Translations under genes and position numbers: made by a program
Part shown: positions 24,055 to 37,015 of the stretch, piece after piece
How the letters are laid out: every line of letters begins with the position of its first letter
How positions within the stretch are numbered: the first letter of the stretch is position 1
Notes under the pieces: generated by a model
The model's input: the letters and a program-made list of their open reading frames with translations, nothing else
The model's database searches: none
Told to the model about the DNA's origin: nothing
DNA from: Lytechinus pictus
Taxonomy: Eukaryota
Assembly (NCBI RefSeq): GCF_037042905.1
Contig: NC_087245.1
Location: 14,322,001-14,386,000 of the forward strand
Direction: 5' to 3'
Length of the DNA: 64,000 nucleotides

Positions 24055-27029
24055 ATGAATACCGACACCGCCCCGATACCCGCGGTCCGTCCCCCGGTGG
24101 ACAAGCCTATGCGGCTGGTTGGTGTTAGCCACAGTAACAACAGCTACAGCTTGGTCGACCATGCTTCGGCGAATGATCAGCTTCACCATATATTTTTGGT
24201 TGTAAAGCAGCACGTTGCTGGTAAGTAATATACTATAGGTCTGTGCTAATGATAGCCCCAGATCGTATATATCTTTCATTCAGTAGAACTCTATTTATGA
24301 AGAGGAAAAAGAATCAATAAAACAAATATTCAACAAGGTAAAAGACAAGGATTAAGATGAAAGAGAAGAGGACGGGAAAGAAGAAGCAGATGGTAATCCC
24401 TAACTTTGTTATGTCTAACAAGAAAGGAAGAGAGGGTATATGTTACTGAAAGAAACATAATAAACATCTTTGGCAAAAGATATAAAAAAACATGCATCAA
24501 AGAATTAATTTAATTGTGCTTTCAGAGTTCTTGTCTTAGAATTGCAAAACGATCTGTCCATGAAAACACAAAAAGTTGGTATGTACATGTATATCTTTTC
24601 CCATCTAATCTCGTTCTAAAATATCCACCAATTATTTTCCTGAGAGATATATAATCTACTTTTCTTGTCTAACGTTTGACATACAAGTCATACAATGTAG
24701 AATTCATCCATATTTGTTTTCCCCATCTAATATTGTCAGGTATCCTTGCTGATGTTCAGTATTACAAGATAGTTGACCTCAAGAATGAATTGATTGCTCT
24801 GGGTACAGATGTTGCTTCCCTGGAAAGAGACAGGGCTTTTGAGGAATCTAGGGATAAGTATCACAGACATTTCTGGCGAGCAGATGATGAAGCTGAAAAC
24901 AAACGTAAGTGTTTATAATTTCAAGAAAATTATTAGGATATAATATATATTATGTTACTGTAACTGACAATAGTAAGGCCTCAAACAATAAAGAGTCTAA
25001 AAACGAGCTAAATCCTCACAAAATGGTAAAATAATATTGTATACTTAATCTTTTATTTTGAATTACATCCCTACATGTATTCAAAGTTTTTATATTATCA
25101 ATTGTATCAATTATTTTGCCTAGAGCTGGAGATACTATGTGATTGATCAAATGAATTTTATTTGATTTTATTTTCCAAAAGGATAAGCTAGAAAAACTCG
25201 AAAGCTTATTCATTAATGTGCATGTATATGAACAAAGTTTTTTACTAATACAAACAGTCAAACACAAATATTATTGCTTGGGGAGAAGATTCATTTCAGG
25301 TTCTAACAAGAAAATTATGAATTATCAATCTGCAGAAGTCGTTATTCTTTACAAGAAGGGGGTACAGGCAGATGAGATAACAAGTCATTCTTCTAATCTT
25401 GTGGGATCTAGTTCTATTCAAAATGGTTTACTGAAATTAAAAAGGGAGGAAATTATTGTATAAAGCTTAATAGTTACTGAAGTTTAACTCTGAAAAAAAA
25501 AATGACACAATGTAAACAAATGACCTAATAGTTCTGTAAAACAAATGTTCTATAAATATGTAACATTTTTGTTATTGTTCTTTTTCTAGAGCTGATTGTG
25601 AAATTGTCTGAGGTTGCCTACGCACTTCTTGATTACAAACAGAACTGTTGCACAGAAAGCAGAGGTCCCTATGCATTAGATGAAGCAAGGCTTGAAACAC
25701 TTTGCAAAAAACACTTGTATGAATTACAGAATTTCAGAAGGGTATGTATTAAGCTTACTATTTGCTTTGACATTCCAATTTGCTGTGCTGATTTCACTTT
25801 TCATGAATATTATCAAGGATCTCTGGGTATTATTTGTGTTTAATGTTTCTCTGAGATTATTGTAAAATAATAGCATCAATCTGGAAGAAAGTATTATCGT
25901 AAGTAGTCATGCAAGGAAATGTCAGCCACATGTATGATTGTTATCCAGGTGCTGATAAACTTTTGTGTCAAGCTTTGGTCGTTCGTAAGGTACATTTTGA
26001 AAATATGATTATTTTGCCTTTTGTACATACATATCCAGGAACTTGCACAGTTTGTCAACACAGCCCGAGATCGAAATGCCCAGGTCACCCGCCTCTCCGC
26101 ACCCCTTCAGTCTCAACTCGAATGGCATCAGTACAAATCACCTCTAGATGACCCCAGTATCCGTCGACCTCTGCCCTATGAATGCACCCTGACCACCCGG
26201 GATACGATAGGCCCTAGAACTGACCCTCCAGATGTGGATGGGCACAAGTCAGGTGTCAAGCAATTACGAAGTCAGTGGGATGTACCAGATTTATCAGGCA
26301 AACCAGGAGCAGCTAATTCTGGTATGATTCATTTCAGTCATTTGTATGAGGTGATGTGAAGGCATCCATTATGAATATTCTCCATAATTGCCTATTACAA
26401 CAAAGCTTGCATAATATATTGATTCATACATTTGATTCCCTTCTTCTTATTTTCCTAATATTTTCACCAAACTTAGGAATCATCATGTGTAATAACAGAT
26501 CAAATGTGAAGCAGTTCCAAGCCAATTAATACAATTACTTTGTTTATTAAGAAGTTAAAAAGAAATACGTGACCTGCTTATTTGGCAAGGGAGAATATTC
26601 ATTTGCAGCAACATTATTTATTGTCATCTGTGATAAGTTGTAACTATATTGATTGCTTAAACATGGGATACTTCCATGCCAGCACAATAACATTATGAAA
26701 AAATAAAATATTTTTCCCAATACAATTATGTTCTTATGTTAATTATCATAAGAAATAGTATTTTTTGCTCCTGTATTTTTTGGTATGTATTTCATGAGGG
26801 GAAAAAATACATCCAAACTTAGAAAAAGAAACATCTGAAGAAAAACAGAATATTCAACCATTTAATTTTCATTGCCTATTTAGGAACACATGGAACCTTG
26901 ACTAGCCGAGGACGATATGGTGGCAGACATATCTATGAAAGGAACATCAACGAGAGAAGAAAACCAACTGAGCAAGAAATTCAACATGTTTCAAGCCGAT
27001 ACAAGCATTATCATGGACTATGTGAATAA
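24055..27029 (+). CDS. Uncharacterised protein B (303 aa), paralogue of protein A
   Basis: Exons 24055-24220, 24740-24904, 25590-25741, 26039-26321, 26884-27029, all GT-AG, in frame (912 nt). Starts MNTDTAPIPAVRPPVDKPMRLVG, ends RYKHYHGLCE*. AATAAA signals downstream (about 27365, 28235, 28295). Confidence 0.9.
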
Positions 27030-29525
27030 GCAAATGATCTTACAATGTTAAGCAGAATCACGTCTTTGAGGAATGCTTTTGACTAGGTTCATTATTTCAT
27101 AATTTTGACATGCCTATGTGTAACACAGCGTCTCCGTCTGAAAATGCAGTTCTGTGAGACTTATGTCAATTGGGTAGTAGGTTAACCCGAGGGATAAGTC
27201 GAGGCTAAACGGTGGGGAAAGTATACCTACTTCTATAGAATTCAGAGTTTCTAATTCATTATACATGACAAAGATATATAGTTCCAATCTACAAACAAAA
27301 TTTTAATGGTTTTATACTAATTTTCTTTATTGCAAAATTAATTTGGGGGACAGATTGTCTGTAAAAATAAAGTTGGTGAATGAGTCTACAAGTGGCACTC
27401 CATAAAACTATGTTATACCTGTTACATGTATTAGGGTTACTGCAATCAGTGCCCAGGATCAATGCTGTTAGAATACTATCAGATATCTTGTGGATTAAAT
27501 GAAATTGGATGTGGCTGACAAGTTGTGCATACAGGCATATGGCAAACTACATGGGGTTTCCATTCTGAAGTCTTACAATTATACTTTATGTCAAAAGGCT
27601 GATGCTATGCAGTGGAGGTTATGAATAAGAAATGATATCATGCTTGTTTGAATATATGTTAAATATTTGAGGTGACATTTGGTAATTCATATTTAAGTTG
27701 TTTATGAATTATGTGTAAATTTGAGAATTTCTGCATAATGTACAATGTACATTGGTATAAATACATGGGATAGATTATAATTCGGGTTTGCTTTTGAGCA
27801 CGGAGCCTAAACCACCTTAATTTTTTTAACCTTTGTATTGCCAATCATGAATGTATGAGGGGGTATAAGATTATAATGGAACATTGCTGAGCTTATTGTA
27901 CTTTTTTACTTTGCATGTACAGTATTTTGGTCTCTGAGGGGGTTAATGGTCATATATTCTTTTGATGAAATGATATACAGTGCATAATATATCTTAGCTG
28001 TCAAAGTGTGTAAATGACTTGATGTATGACAATCATTTCCTGCTATATTTTGATTTCCCCTTTTCAGTTTTTCCCTTCATAATTGGGGGAGGGGGATAAT
28101 GAACTCATTTTATTTATTTATCTGTTGTATCTATCTGTTTCAATTTTTTTGTTATCATTTGCCAAAGGTGAACTTAGTCTATTCTCACATTGAATATATT
28201 AATACATTTATATTTACCATTAATTTCAATGGAAATAAATTCTTGAAAACTTGTTAAAATACTGCTTTTATTTAGCTTAATATCAATTTCCTACAATAAA
28301 AAAATGTACACTCAAGAAAAAGAGTTTAATGAGGAACTTACGATACTTACCATATGGCACTTTTATGTCATAATTTGCTCTGCCCATACTGGGTGCAGAT
28401 TAAGTGATACAATGAATCTAAAAAGATATATATCACCTGTGATAAATACTAAGCTTTATTTGTAAATAAAGAAATGACAATTATCGTATATTCATATAGT
28501 TTGTATTTTATGCTCAGTGAGTTTTTTAGTGGTGCATGCAAAATTTCGGCTGACAAGCAAAAAAAAAAGTCATCACTCCAGGGACACTCTACCTCCTTGT
28601 CGCCAGGGAGGGGTGCATGTGGCAATTCTTTTTACACCCTTTTGTATTGTTTTTTTTTTCTTTTTCATACTTTATGTTCACATTATTTCGGGGGGGGGGG
28701 ACTAGACCCCTACCCTACATCACTATAATCGGGGAATTCAGCTTTGTTGCCTGAATCCCAGTAGAATTGTACAAATGAGACTCTCAACTCTAGTTCTGTC
28801 ATCCCCACAACACCAAGCTTTGCAGCGATTGTTTGGAAAGTTGATTGGTTTCATGAAAGAATCAGTGCAATTAAATGCCATATAGTGTATTGTGGGTTGA
28901 TTTGGGGATAGTTATCCCCCCCCCCCCCAAAAAAAAAAAAAGTTTTGCTATCGAGGAAAAACAGGGAGAGAAAAAAAGGAGAAAAGGCCAGGAAATAGAT
29001 TTGGGGATAAGGGTCACCACTACACCCTCATTAATTGTGCCATTTGCCCCGTTTCATGCATTTGGTTTTGTTATGTATGCCCCTCCATGAGATAGGTCTA
29101 ACGATCTAGTTTGCTTATTGGCTTTCATCAATATTTTCACTGTTATGCCAAAATATAATTTCTTTCATTTATTTATTTTTTCAAAGAAAGAAACATTTAA
29201 TTGGTGAAATATGCCCATATGACAAACTACAATCGTAAAAGGCCATCTACCAGGATCGGCGGAGTGTATTTTCGTTCGGGGGGGGGGCAAAGCCAAAAAG
29301 GGCACTTATATATAAAAATTGGCATTTTGGTGCAAATGGATATTTTCACTATGAGATTATCATCGGTGTGAAGTAGTCGTGTGCGTAATTAAGTTGAGAA
29401 ATGCCTTTTTGAAGTGATTTCAGATTGATAAGGCTTTATTTTTCCTCAAGAGAGCGAGTGAGCTGTTTTGAAAAATTTTCAAATCTGAAGATGCAAAAAC
29501 TAACCTTTTGGTCAATCATTGCACT

Positions 29526-30537
29526 CAGTGGCGTACTGTGGTTCACGGCATTGGGGGGGGCACCAGCAAAATTTTTGAGTCACTTAGTGAGCGCGCGAAG
29601 CGCGCTCAGATGCCAGGTATACCTAATGGAACATTTTAAGGACATGCAGCGCCATATATTAAACAGATATGTATCTCACTGATCAAATAATGTGAGAGCG
29701 AAGCGCGAGCTTAAAATTGTTGATATTCAGATCTAAAAAGGGACATTATAATAAACTTTTTGTAAACAATGCGAGCGCAAAGCGCGAGCTGAAATTTTTG
29801 TATATATTGACCCCAAACAGGGAGATTTTAATGACTAAATTTAAGGAATCCATTACACATCTCACCACAGTCATCTAATGCGAGTGCTAAGCGCTTGCTG
29901 ATTTTGTTAGAATTACACATGAAGCATTTGTAAAATTTAGGAAATTCAGACCTTAAAAGGGGCATTCTAAAGCTTGTTTGTATGAATTCACTAAAACCAT
30001 ACGTATTTCATTAACCAAATGATGCGAGCGCGAGCTGAAATTTAGGAAATTCAGACCTGATAAAGGGACAATTTAAAGGACTGATTCTAGGAATTCATGG
30101 AGAGCAGACATATCTCACCAATCCACTAATGCGAACATAAGCACGGATAAGAAATGTTTTATATTAAGACCTAAAATGTGGCGAACACTTTAAGTAGTCA
30201 TGAAAAAGAAGCATACTATTGTACATAAAACAATATTAACTCGAATTGCGAGGAAGTATATTGAAAACGGCAGGTTTTAGTACAACAGGATTATATATCT
30301 CGTTAAAGTTTAACAGACAATGCGAGCACCAGGAACAATGTTTCTTATGTAATATAGCATAATTATAATATAATATAACATCATAATGAACAATAATTTC
30401 TTCTTTCCCATAACGTTTCTCTTCCCCTCTCCCTCTTTTTCTCCTTTTCCCCGTTTACTTTTTTTTCGGTCAGCCGATGGGGGGGGGGGGGGGGGGGGCA
30501 CGTGCCCCCCATGCCCCCCCCCGTAGTTACGCCACTG
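29526..30537. mobile_element. Non-autonomous hAT element (GCGAGCGCGAAGCGCG-repeat family)
   Basis: CAGTGGCGTA ... TACGCCACTG; 8-bp TSD ATTGCACT/ATTGTACT (1 mismatch). Confidence 0.8.
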
Positions 30538-30777
30538 ATTGTACTAATTACTGTAAAAGGGCACCCTTGAAAGATGTTGCGAGCGTGAATCGCAAGCTTA
30601 ACTTTGGGGACATTTCATGTAGACATGGAAATTAAACATTCCCAACAGTTTTTGTACTTCAGAAAGGGTATTTCCTTTTGAAAAAGGACACTGTCTTTTC
30701 ATTTTGAAAAAAGGGCATTTACGTTTAAAAAGAGACATTTTTCCTACTCGGAAATTGCCCCCCCCCCCGGTTCCTCC

Positions 30778-32755
30778 CAGTGGCGTAGCTACGGGGGGCA
30801 TGGGGGGGGGGGCACGTGCCCCCCTGAGATTTGGTGTGCCCCCCCCCCCCAGGTGCCCCCCCTGAAAAAAATTGGCGGAGCCCAAAAAAAAAGGGAAAAA
30901 GAAGGGGAAAGACAAAAGGAAAAAAGAAGAGGAAAATAAGAGGAAGACGAGTGAATAAAATAATTTTTGGGGAAGACTTGTAAAAAAAAATCTTTCATGT
31001 TACTAAATAAAATTTTCTCTCACGCTTCGCGCTCGATATGATTCATATCTTGCTCAATAGGCTGATATGGAGCTTAAAAAATATCAAGCTTTGAAGTCAA
31101 TGTACAAAACATATTTCAGCTCAGACATCGAGCTTTCAGTATTTTTTCCATTTACAAATTTAATGCACTCTGTAAAAAGTATGTTAATATGGTCTACATA
31201 TCAACATTTTAAGCTCACGCTGCATGCGTGGTCGCATTATTTGATTTGCCAAGTTCCTATTGTCTTTGTGTATTCCATAAAGTTTTCAAAATATCAATTT
31301 TCAGATGTGACTGTCAAAACGTAGGCCTATTTAGCGCTGCGCGCTCGCGTTTTGATTGGTGAGTACTCTATATCATTTCTATATAAGCAAACAAAACCCC
31401 CAGGCCTTTTCATTACATTTTATTTAAAAAAATTCAGCTCGCAATTTGCGCTCGCATTAATGGTTGAAAATGTATTAAGCATTGTAATGCGTATTCATAA
31501 TTTTAAAATGCTTAAAATTTCTAGTTTTCAAGCCTTAAAACCAACAACTTCCACACTGTCATACGCATATTAGATTAACAAATAAGAAAATATAATTTTC
31601 ATGAAATTCCTATTAACTAAGTTGGGTCTTTTCAGAATGGAATATCGACAAGCTTAGGAATTATAGGAAGATAGTCATCATTTTCATATGACAAAATCTC
31701 CTTAGAATTTCCCGGTCCTTTGTTAAAACAATAACAAAAAATATCAGCTTGCGCTTCGCGCTCGCATCATTCATATTTAGTGTGATCCACATCTACTTCT
31801 CAATTTTCCTACACAGTACTTGAAATAGTGTTGAAATTAACCTTTTTCAGATTGTAATATCAAATGTTTTCAGCTCCTCTTGCATTATTTGATCTTCATG
31901 ATTAAAAAGATGTATTCAGAATGCCCAGATTCTAGGTCTAAATCTAGAAATAAAACGCGCGCACGCATGTTTATTGAGACAGCCTGCATGTTCTTTATTT
32001 AAAATATGCTTAAATTATCCAGTTGCAGATCAGAATATCAATATTGTCAGCTCGCGCTTCACGCTCGCATTATTAATGATACCCAATTAACCATATCCTA
32101 TGCATGATTTACAAAATATGAATAGAGTGTCCCGCTTTTAGGTCTACTAGTATCTCAATTTTCTTCAGGCGCTCGCATTAATTGTTTAATTGCATACCTA
32201 TCCAATTTATGATTACAGAAAGTGCTTAGAATGTCCTTTTTTAGGTTGGAATGACAAAAAGTTTTAGCTCGAGCTTCGCGCTCCCATTATTGAAATATGT
32301 ACCGTATTTGTGGGTAGCTGTAAACAGTCCTTAACAGGTCCCTTTCCGATCATGCTAGAACATTTAAATTTCTGCTAGCGCTTGGCGTTCGCAGTAATTA
32401 TCAAGTTACATACGCATCTTGTTCAGGGTCACAAACATTGCCCAGAATGTTAAATTTTCAGGACAGAATACATGAAAGATTTTAAAAAATTCGCTCGCGC
32501 TTCGCGCTCGCACTTTTTTATATTGGGCTTATGAGATTATTTCATATTTATGTTGTTTTATAAGAATAAAGCTAAGAAGCGACTGATCAGGGAAAATATA
32601 GGTGAAGATAATTTTGGGCCCCATCCCCTATTGGCGAAAGTCGGATCCGCCCTTGTGACCCCTTGTGACACATACATAAAAACATGTGCCCCACCCCTGA
32701 AAAAGCAAGGACCCCCCAGTGCCCCCCCAGGAAAAAAATCCGAGCTACGCCACTG
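30778..32755. mobile_element. Non-autonomous hAT element (same family, opposite orientation)
   Basis: CAGTGGCGTAGCT ... AGCTACGCCACTG; perfect 8-bp TSD GTTCCTCC (30770-30777, 32756-32763). Confidence 0.85.
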
Positions 32756-34014
32756 GTTCCTCCATTCCTGCTTTCTTCCCTCCGTCGGGTGTGACACCCG
32801 ACAAAGGAAATTTAATTGGCGGTGTCGAAAATCTGTTTACATATATATACACATATAACATGTATAAGGACTATTGTTCTCTACTCGATCATTGATGACT
32901 TTATAAGTCTTCTATATATTAAAAAAACTCAAGAAAGCTTGCCTGACAGTTTTTAATCATCATCATCATCGTCATCATCGGAGCCACGTCTTACAAAGAA
33001 TTACGATTGATCCTATCAACCACAAATCTATGGAAATCCATCATGTCATAAGTTTTTTCTTTAGGAAATGTCCTTAAAAAACAGAGAGAAGCATTCTGAA
33101 TTGACTAAAAAACAGTAAATGTATGAATAAACATCATATCTAGAAAATATTTTGAAGAAACATGTATTTTAGATGTTGACGCTGCTGGCTTTCCTTATTT
33201 GTGATTGATTGCATAGATGTGATAGTGTAGTAGCGCGCGAGCGGAAGGTAATTAAGGATTTATCAGAATAATGATAAATGAATATTGGCCCTTACCTTCT
33301 AAGGTGAAAATGATGAGGCAATCTGGAGCTAATCAGTCTCAGGTTGTCATCAAAGTCTCACACGGTCAAAAGGCGGCAAAAGTAGCTCACGTGACCGGCT
33401 CGTCGATGTATCCGGAGGGGTGCAAAGCCGAAGGAGGGGGCTCCCTACTTTAATAGATTAACCTCTATGACGTAAGTCTAGTAAGACGGGGCCCGGCCCC
33501 TGGTATATGGGAGTGAGGGGGTGAGGTCCCGATCGTCGACGAAGTCATAAAGATGTATTGATATACAAATACGGTAATACATAAGTTCTATTTATAGAGA
33601 AATATACCAATTTGCACCATTAGACCTTCTAATTTCATATTTTCATCTCAATTATTTCAAAAGTGGCTTTCCATAGTATAGTAGTCTACTGTGGCCGTTG
33701 CATGTGGCGTTCCGTTGCCAAGCATCAGCTCAGACGATTTTTCATTTCATTTTCATTTTGTAAGGCGGTAATTATCTAACATATTTATGGTATTTATTGA
33801 GTATTTGTATGAAACTCATGGTTCTCCGTTCGTTGGAAAAACATTGTTACATTTAATCACACAGTACATATTCCAATGTTGCTAATCTACTCATACTATA
33901 GCTGTAACCGGATTGACAATGCAAAACTGCAATGTTTACATTCGATTTACCAGTCCCACGCGCTTATTTCTGTGATGGGTTTTGTATAAGGGCGCCGTCA
34001 GTGGTGGTCGATTT

Positions 34015-34093
34015 TAGTCTTGAGGACGCAATGAATGATGAAGAAGTATATGACAGTATTTAAAAAGTCATCATCATTGCGTCCTCAAGACTA
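34015..34093. mobile_element. 79-bp MITE with TAG...CTA ends and 9-bp TSD
   Basis: 20-bp perfect TIR TAGTCTTGAGGACGCAATGA; GGTCGATTT at 34006-34014 and 34094-34102. Confidence 0.8.
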
Positions 34094-35206
34094 GGTCGAT
34101 TTCGGGGTGATGCATCTGGAACTGTTTTCGTAAAAAAAAAAAAAGATGTCACGTCAAACTTTAATCTGTTAGTTAATTGTTAAAATTCATGGATCGGTGA
34201 AATTGAATATTACTATGACTGAGGTTAAAAGAGAGAATGATAATTTTTTTAAAGCGACTAAAAATATAATTAAACTAAAGGAAATAAAAACAACTCAAGT
34301 GAAAGCTGGCTGGAGACTCATCCTGGATCCAGTGAACATGTAAACTTAATCATTATTTCTACCATCAGATCGTATTCATTGGCTGTTGAATCGAAGTTTA
34401 GTGATAATGATATGTCTATGTTTATCTATTATTTAATGATATATAAAAACATAGACATATCACTAAACTTTGATTATTACAGAGTTTAATTATTTGAATA
34501 TATTATTATTGTTGATTGTTTGCATTGATAGAAATTTATGTTTGTCTATATCAAGTTACCCCAAGTCTGCAGTAGGCCTATAACCAGTTTTTCTGTGTCC
34601 GGACAATCGATTTTTAACAGCCATTTGGAAAACATAACAAGCAAAGTTTCATCAGTTTTTAGTACAAAGTGTTAGGCAATATCATAGAGAACAAAATTGA
34701 AAGAGATTACAACTATTGAATTCATTTATTTTTGTAATCCAAAGACAAAAAAGAAGACTTCAAAATTTTTAAGTTTATAGTAAAAGAAGACACGCAACAT
34801 ACACAATCTTCACACCTACAATACATAGACAGATAATCATTAAAAAATCTGACTCAAATTATGGAAAAGTATTGAATTTCAGGCATTTCATGTGGTGGCC
34901 TCAAAATGGGGCCTTTTCTTATAAAAATTCCAGAATTGGCTTGTAAAGTGAATGAATGCTCAGACATGGGGCAACATTTTTTTGGTTAAATCTGAAAATG
35001 ACTCGCCAAGGTTTTTGAAAAGAAAATATTTCTTTCAAATTTTTGTGAGAATTCTGGCACACTTATAAGAATATAAGGAACATTATCAACTGAAAATTTT
35101 TATGGTATAAAAAGAAATTCATGTTTAATCTTAAGTTTGCGCAGACATGGGGCCTCCTTCATACATCTAGTTGAATAATCTATTTCCAGGTCTTGTTGAT
35201 TCAAGG

Positions 35207-37015
35207 ATGTACAGGCCACAGCAACAAGAGGTGAGTCAATGAACTTGCACTTTACAATTCATTTATCTTGGTTTTTTTTATTTTTATTTTTTTACTTCTA
35301 ATACACTTTATGACATCAGCACTCTAAACATTTATAGAGTATTTTTTACTTATTCATTTCTATCCAGTTGTATTAGATTCTGTAGATTTGCTTGTACTAT
35401 GACAATGGATGCTGCATTTATTTTGTTTTATCAGTGATGATAATGAAAATNNNNNNNNNNNNNNNNNNNNNNNNNNNNNNNNNNNNNNNNNNNNNNNNNN
35501 NNNNNNNNNNNNNNNNNNNNNNNNNNNNNNNNNNNNNNNNNNNNNNNNNNNNNNNNNNNNNNNNNNNNNNNNNNNNNNNNNNNNNNNNNNNNAATATTAA
35601 TAATAGTAATAATGATGATGATCAACAAAATAGTCATAATGATATTGTTACTATACTGTAGATCGGCTCATACGTGCCTCGATATGTTTCTTCCAGCTTT
35701 TGATAACTGCTGTGGAGCAGGGAAACAAAGCGGAGGTTGAGACTTGTCTTAATATGCCGGGTACAGATATTAATGAAAAACCGGTAAGTATTTGAAATAT
35801 GTGTATACATATAGTGTACAAAGTAAGATCATGATCAGGATCATGATTTGAATGAAACACCTGATAAGTTTGTTGCAAACCCAGTAATTGAAAGCCCCCA
35901 AATGTTTAAAAACCCAATCTAAAGCTAAAAAAATGAAACCCTGTAAGCTGAATGCATGAATTCTGTGAATGAGAGTGTTTCTTCATATTTCCCCTAAATG
36001 TACTCTCTTGGTTTGACACACATGTATGTTATGTTCTCTATATACATGTTCTGTCCCACTCTTGATTTATCTGGCCCTATGTCACTCGTGAGCAATAATT
36101 TATTATTTACATGTTTTGTCTGTATGTAGTGGGGAATGGAGTCCTTGCTGATGAGAGCAATACGTTGCAACCACAAGGATGTGGCAGAACTCCTCATGGA
36201 GAGGGGTATTGATGTGGTGAGTAGAAACTTATTTTACAGGTTAATACTTTTCTTCAGGCAGCACCACAAGATGTGAACAATAAAAGTGGGGGGGGGGGGA
36301 AGAAGAAAATAATTAAGAAAACAGAGGGCTGTGTGCGCTTTGTGAGTCTATTATACCCATGTTATTCTATTGAGAAAAAAAATGGTCACATTTAGATCAT
36401 CATCCTTCCCTCCCCCTGACATTCCACACCCCTCCACTCTGGCATGGACATGGTCTATTATTTCAGGTGGTTAAAAATTGAAGAACATTATTAGTGGAAT
36501 TATCCATGCAGATAATATTTGCTCCCATGAAACCTAATGACATGGTTGGATATATTCCACATTTCTTTCCTCCTTATAACATATTGTCAAGCTTTTAAAG
36601 ATAAGACAATTGGATTGATTTCCATGTGAATTGAATGTCATAAACATTTTTAAGATTTTTAATTTCTTTTCAGTTTATTTTCTGCTGATTCCTTCAAGTA
36701 CTACTAATTAGTTTTAAAGTACTTTTGAAGTATTGTGAATACAGCATACAACTTTTATGAGAAATATTGTGCATATAGGTTACCAATAACATGATTTACA
36801 TAAATCAGGTGACGTATGAGGCCCCATTTTACTAACAGCCATATATGTTGTTTTCTGAAACATGAATGTTTTATTCCCAGGAACCAGACTCTCCAAGAAG
36901 TGAGACAAAGGATTGCAGACAAAAGTCAGCTAGAGATTATGCAGAGTTCTATGGAATGCCTGACATTGTTAAGAAAATTGATGAACAGCGGATTAAACGT
37001 ATGGCTAGACCTTGA
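35207..37015 (+). CDS. Small ankyrin-repeat protein (~110 aa)
   Basis: Exons 35207-35230, 35697-35783, 36130-36216, 36881-37015 (all phase 0, GT-AG). MYRPQQQE-LLITAVEQGNKAEVETCLNMPGTDINEKP-WGMESLLMRAIRCNHKDVAELLMERGIDV-EPDSPRSETKDCRQKSARDYAEFYGMPDIVKKIDEQRIKRMARP* gives two clear ankyrin repeats and a third degenerate one. An N-gap lies in one intron. Probable non-coding exon 1 ends near 33759 (GTAAGG). Confidence 0.8.
35451..35592. other. Assembly gap (N run)
   Basis: Run of n. Confidence 1.
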
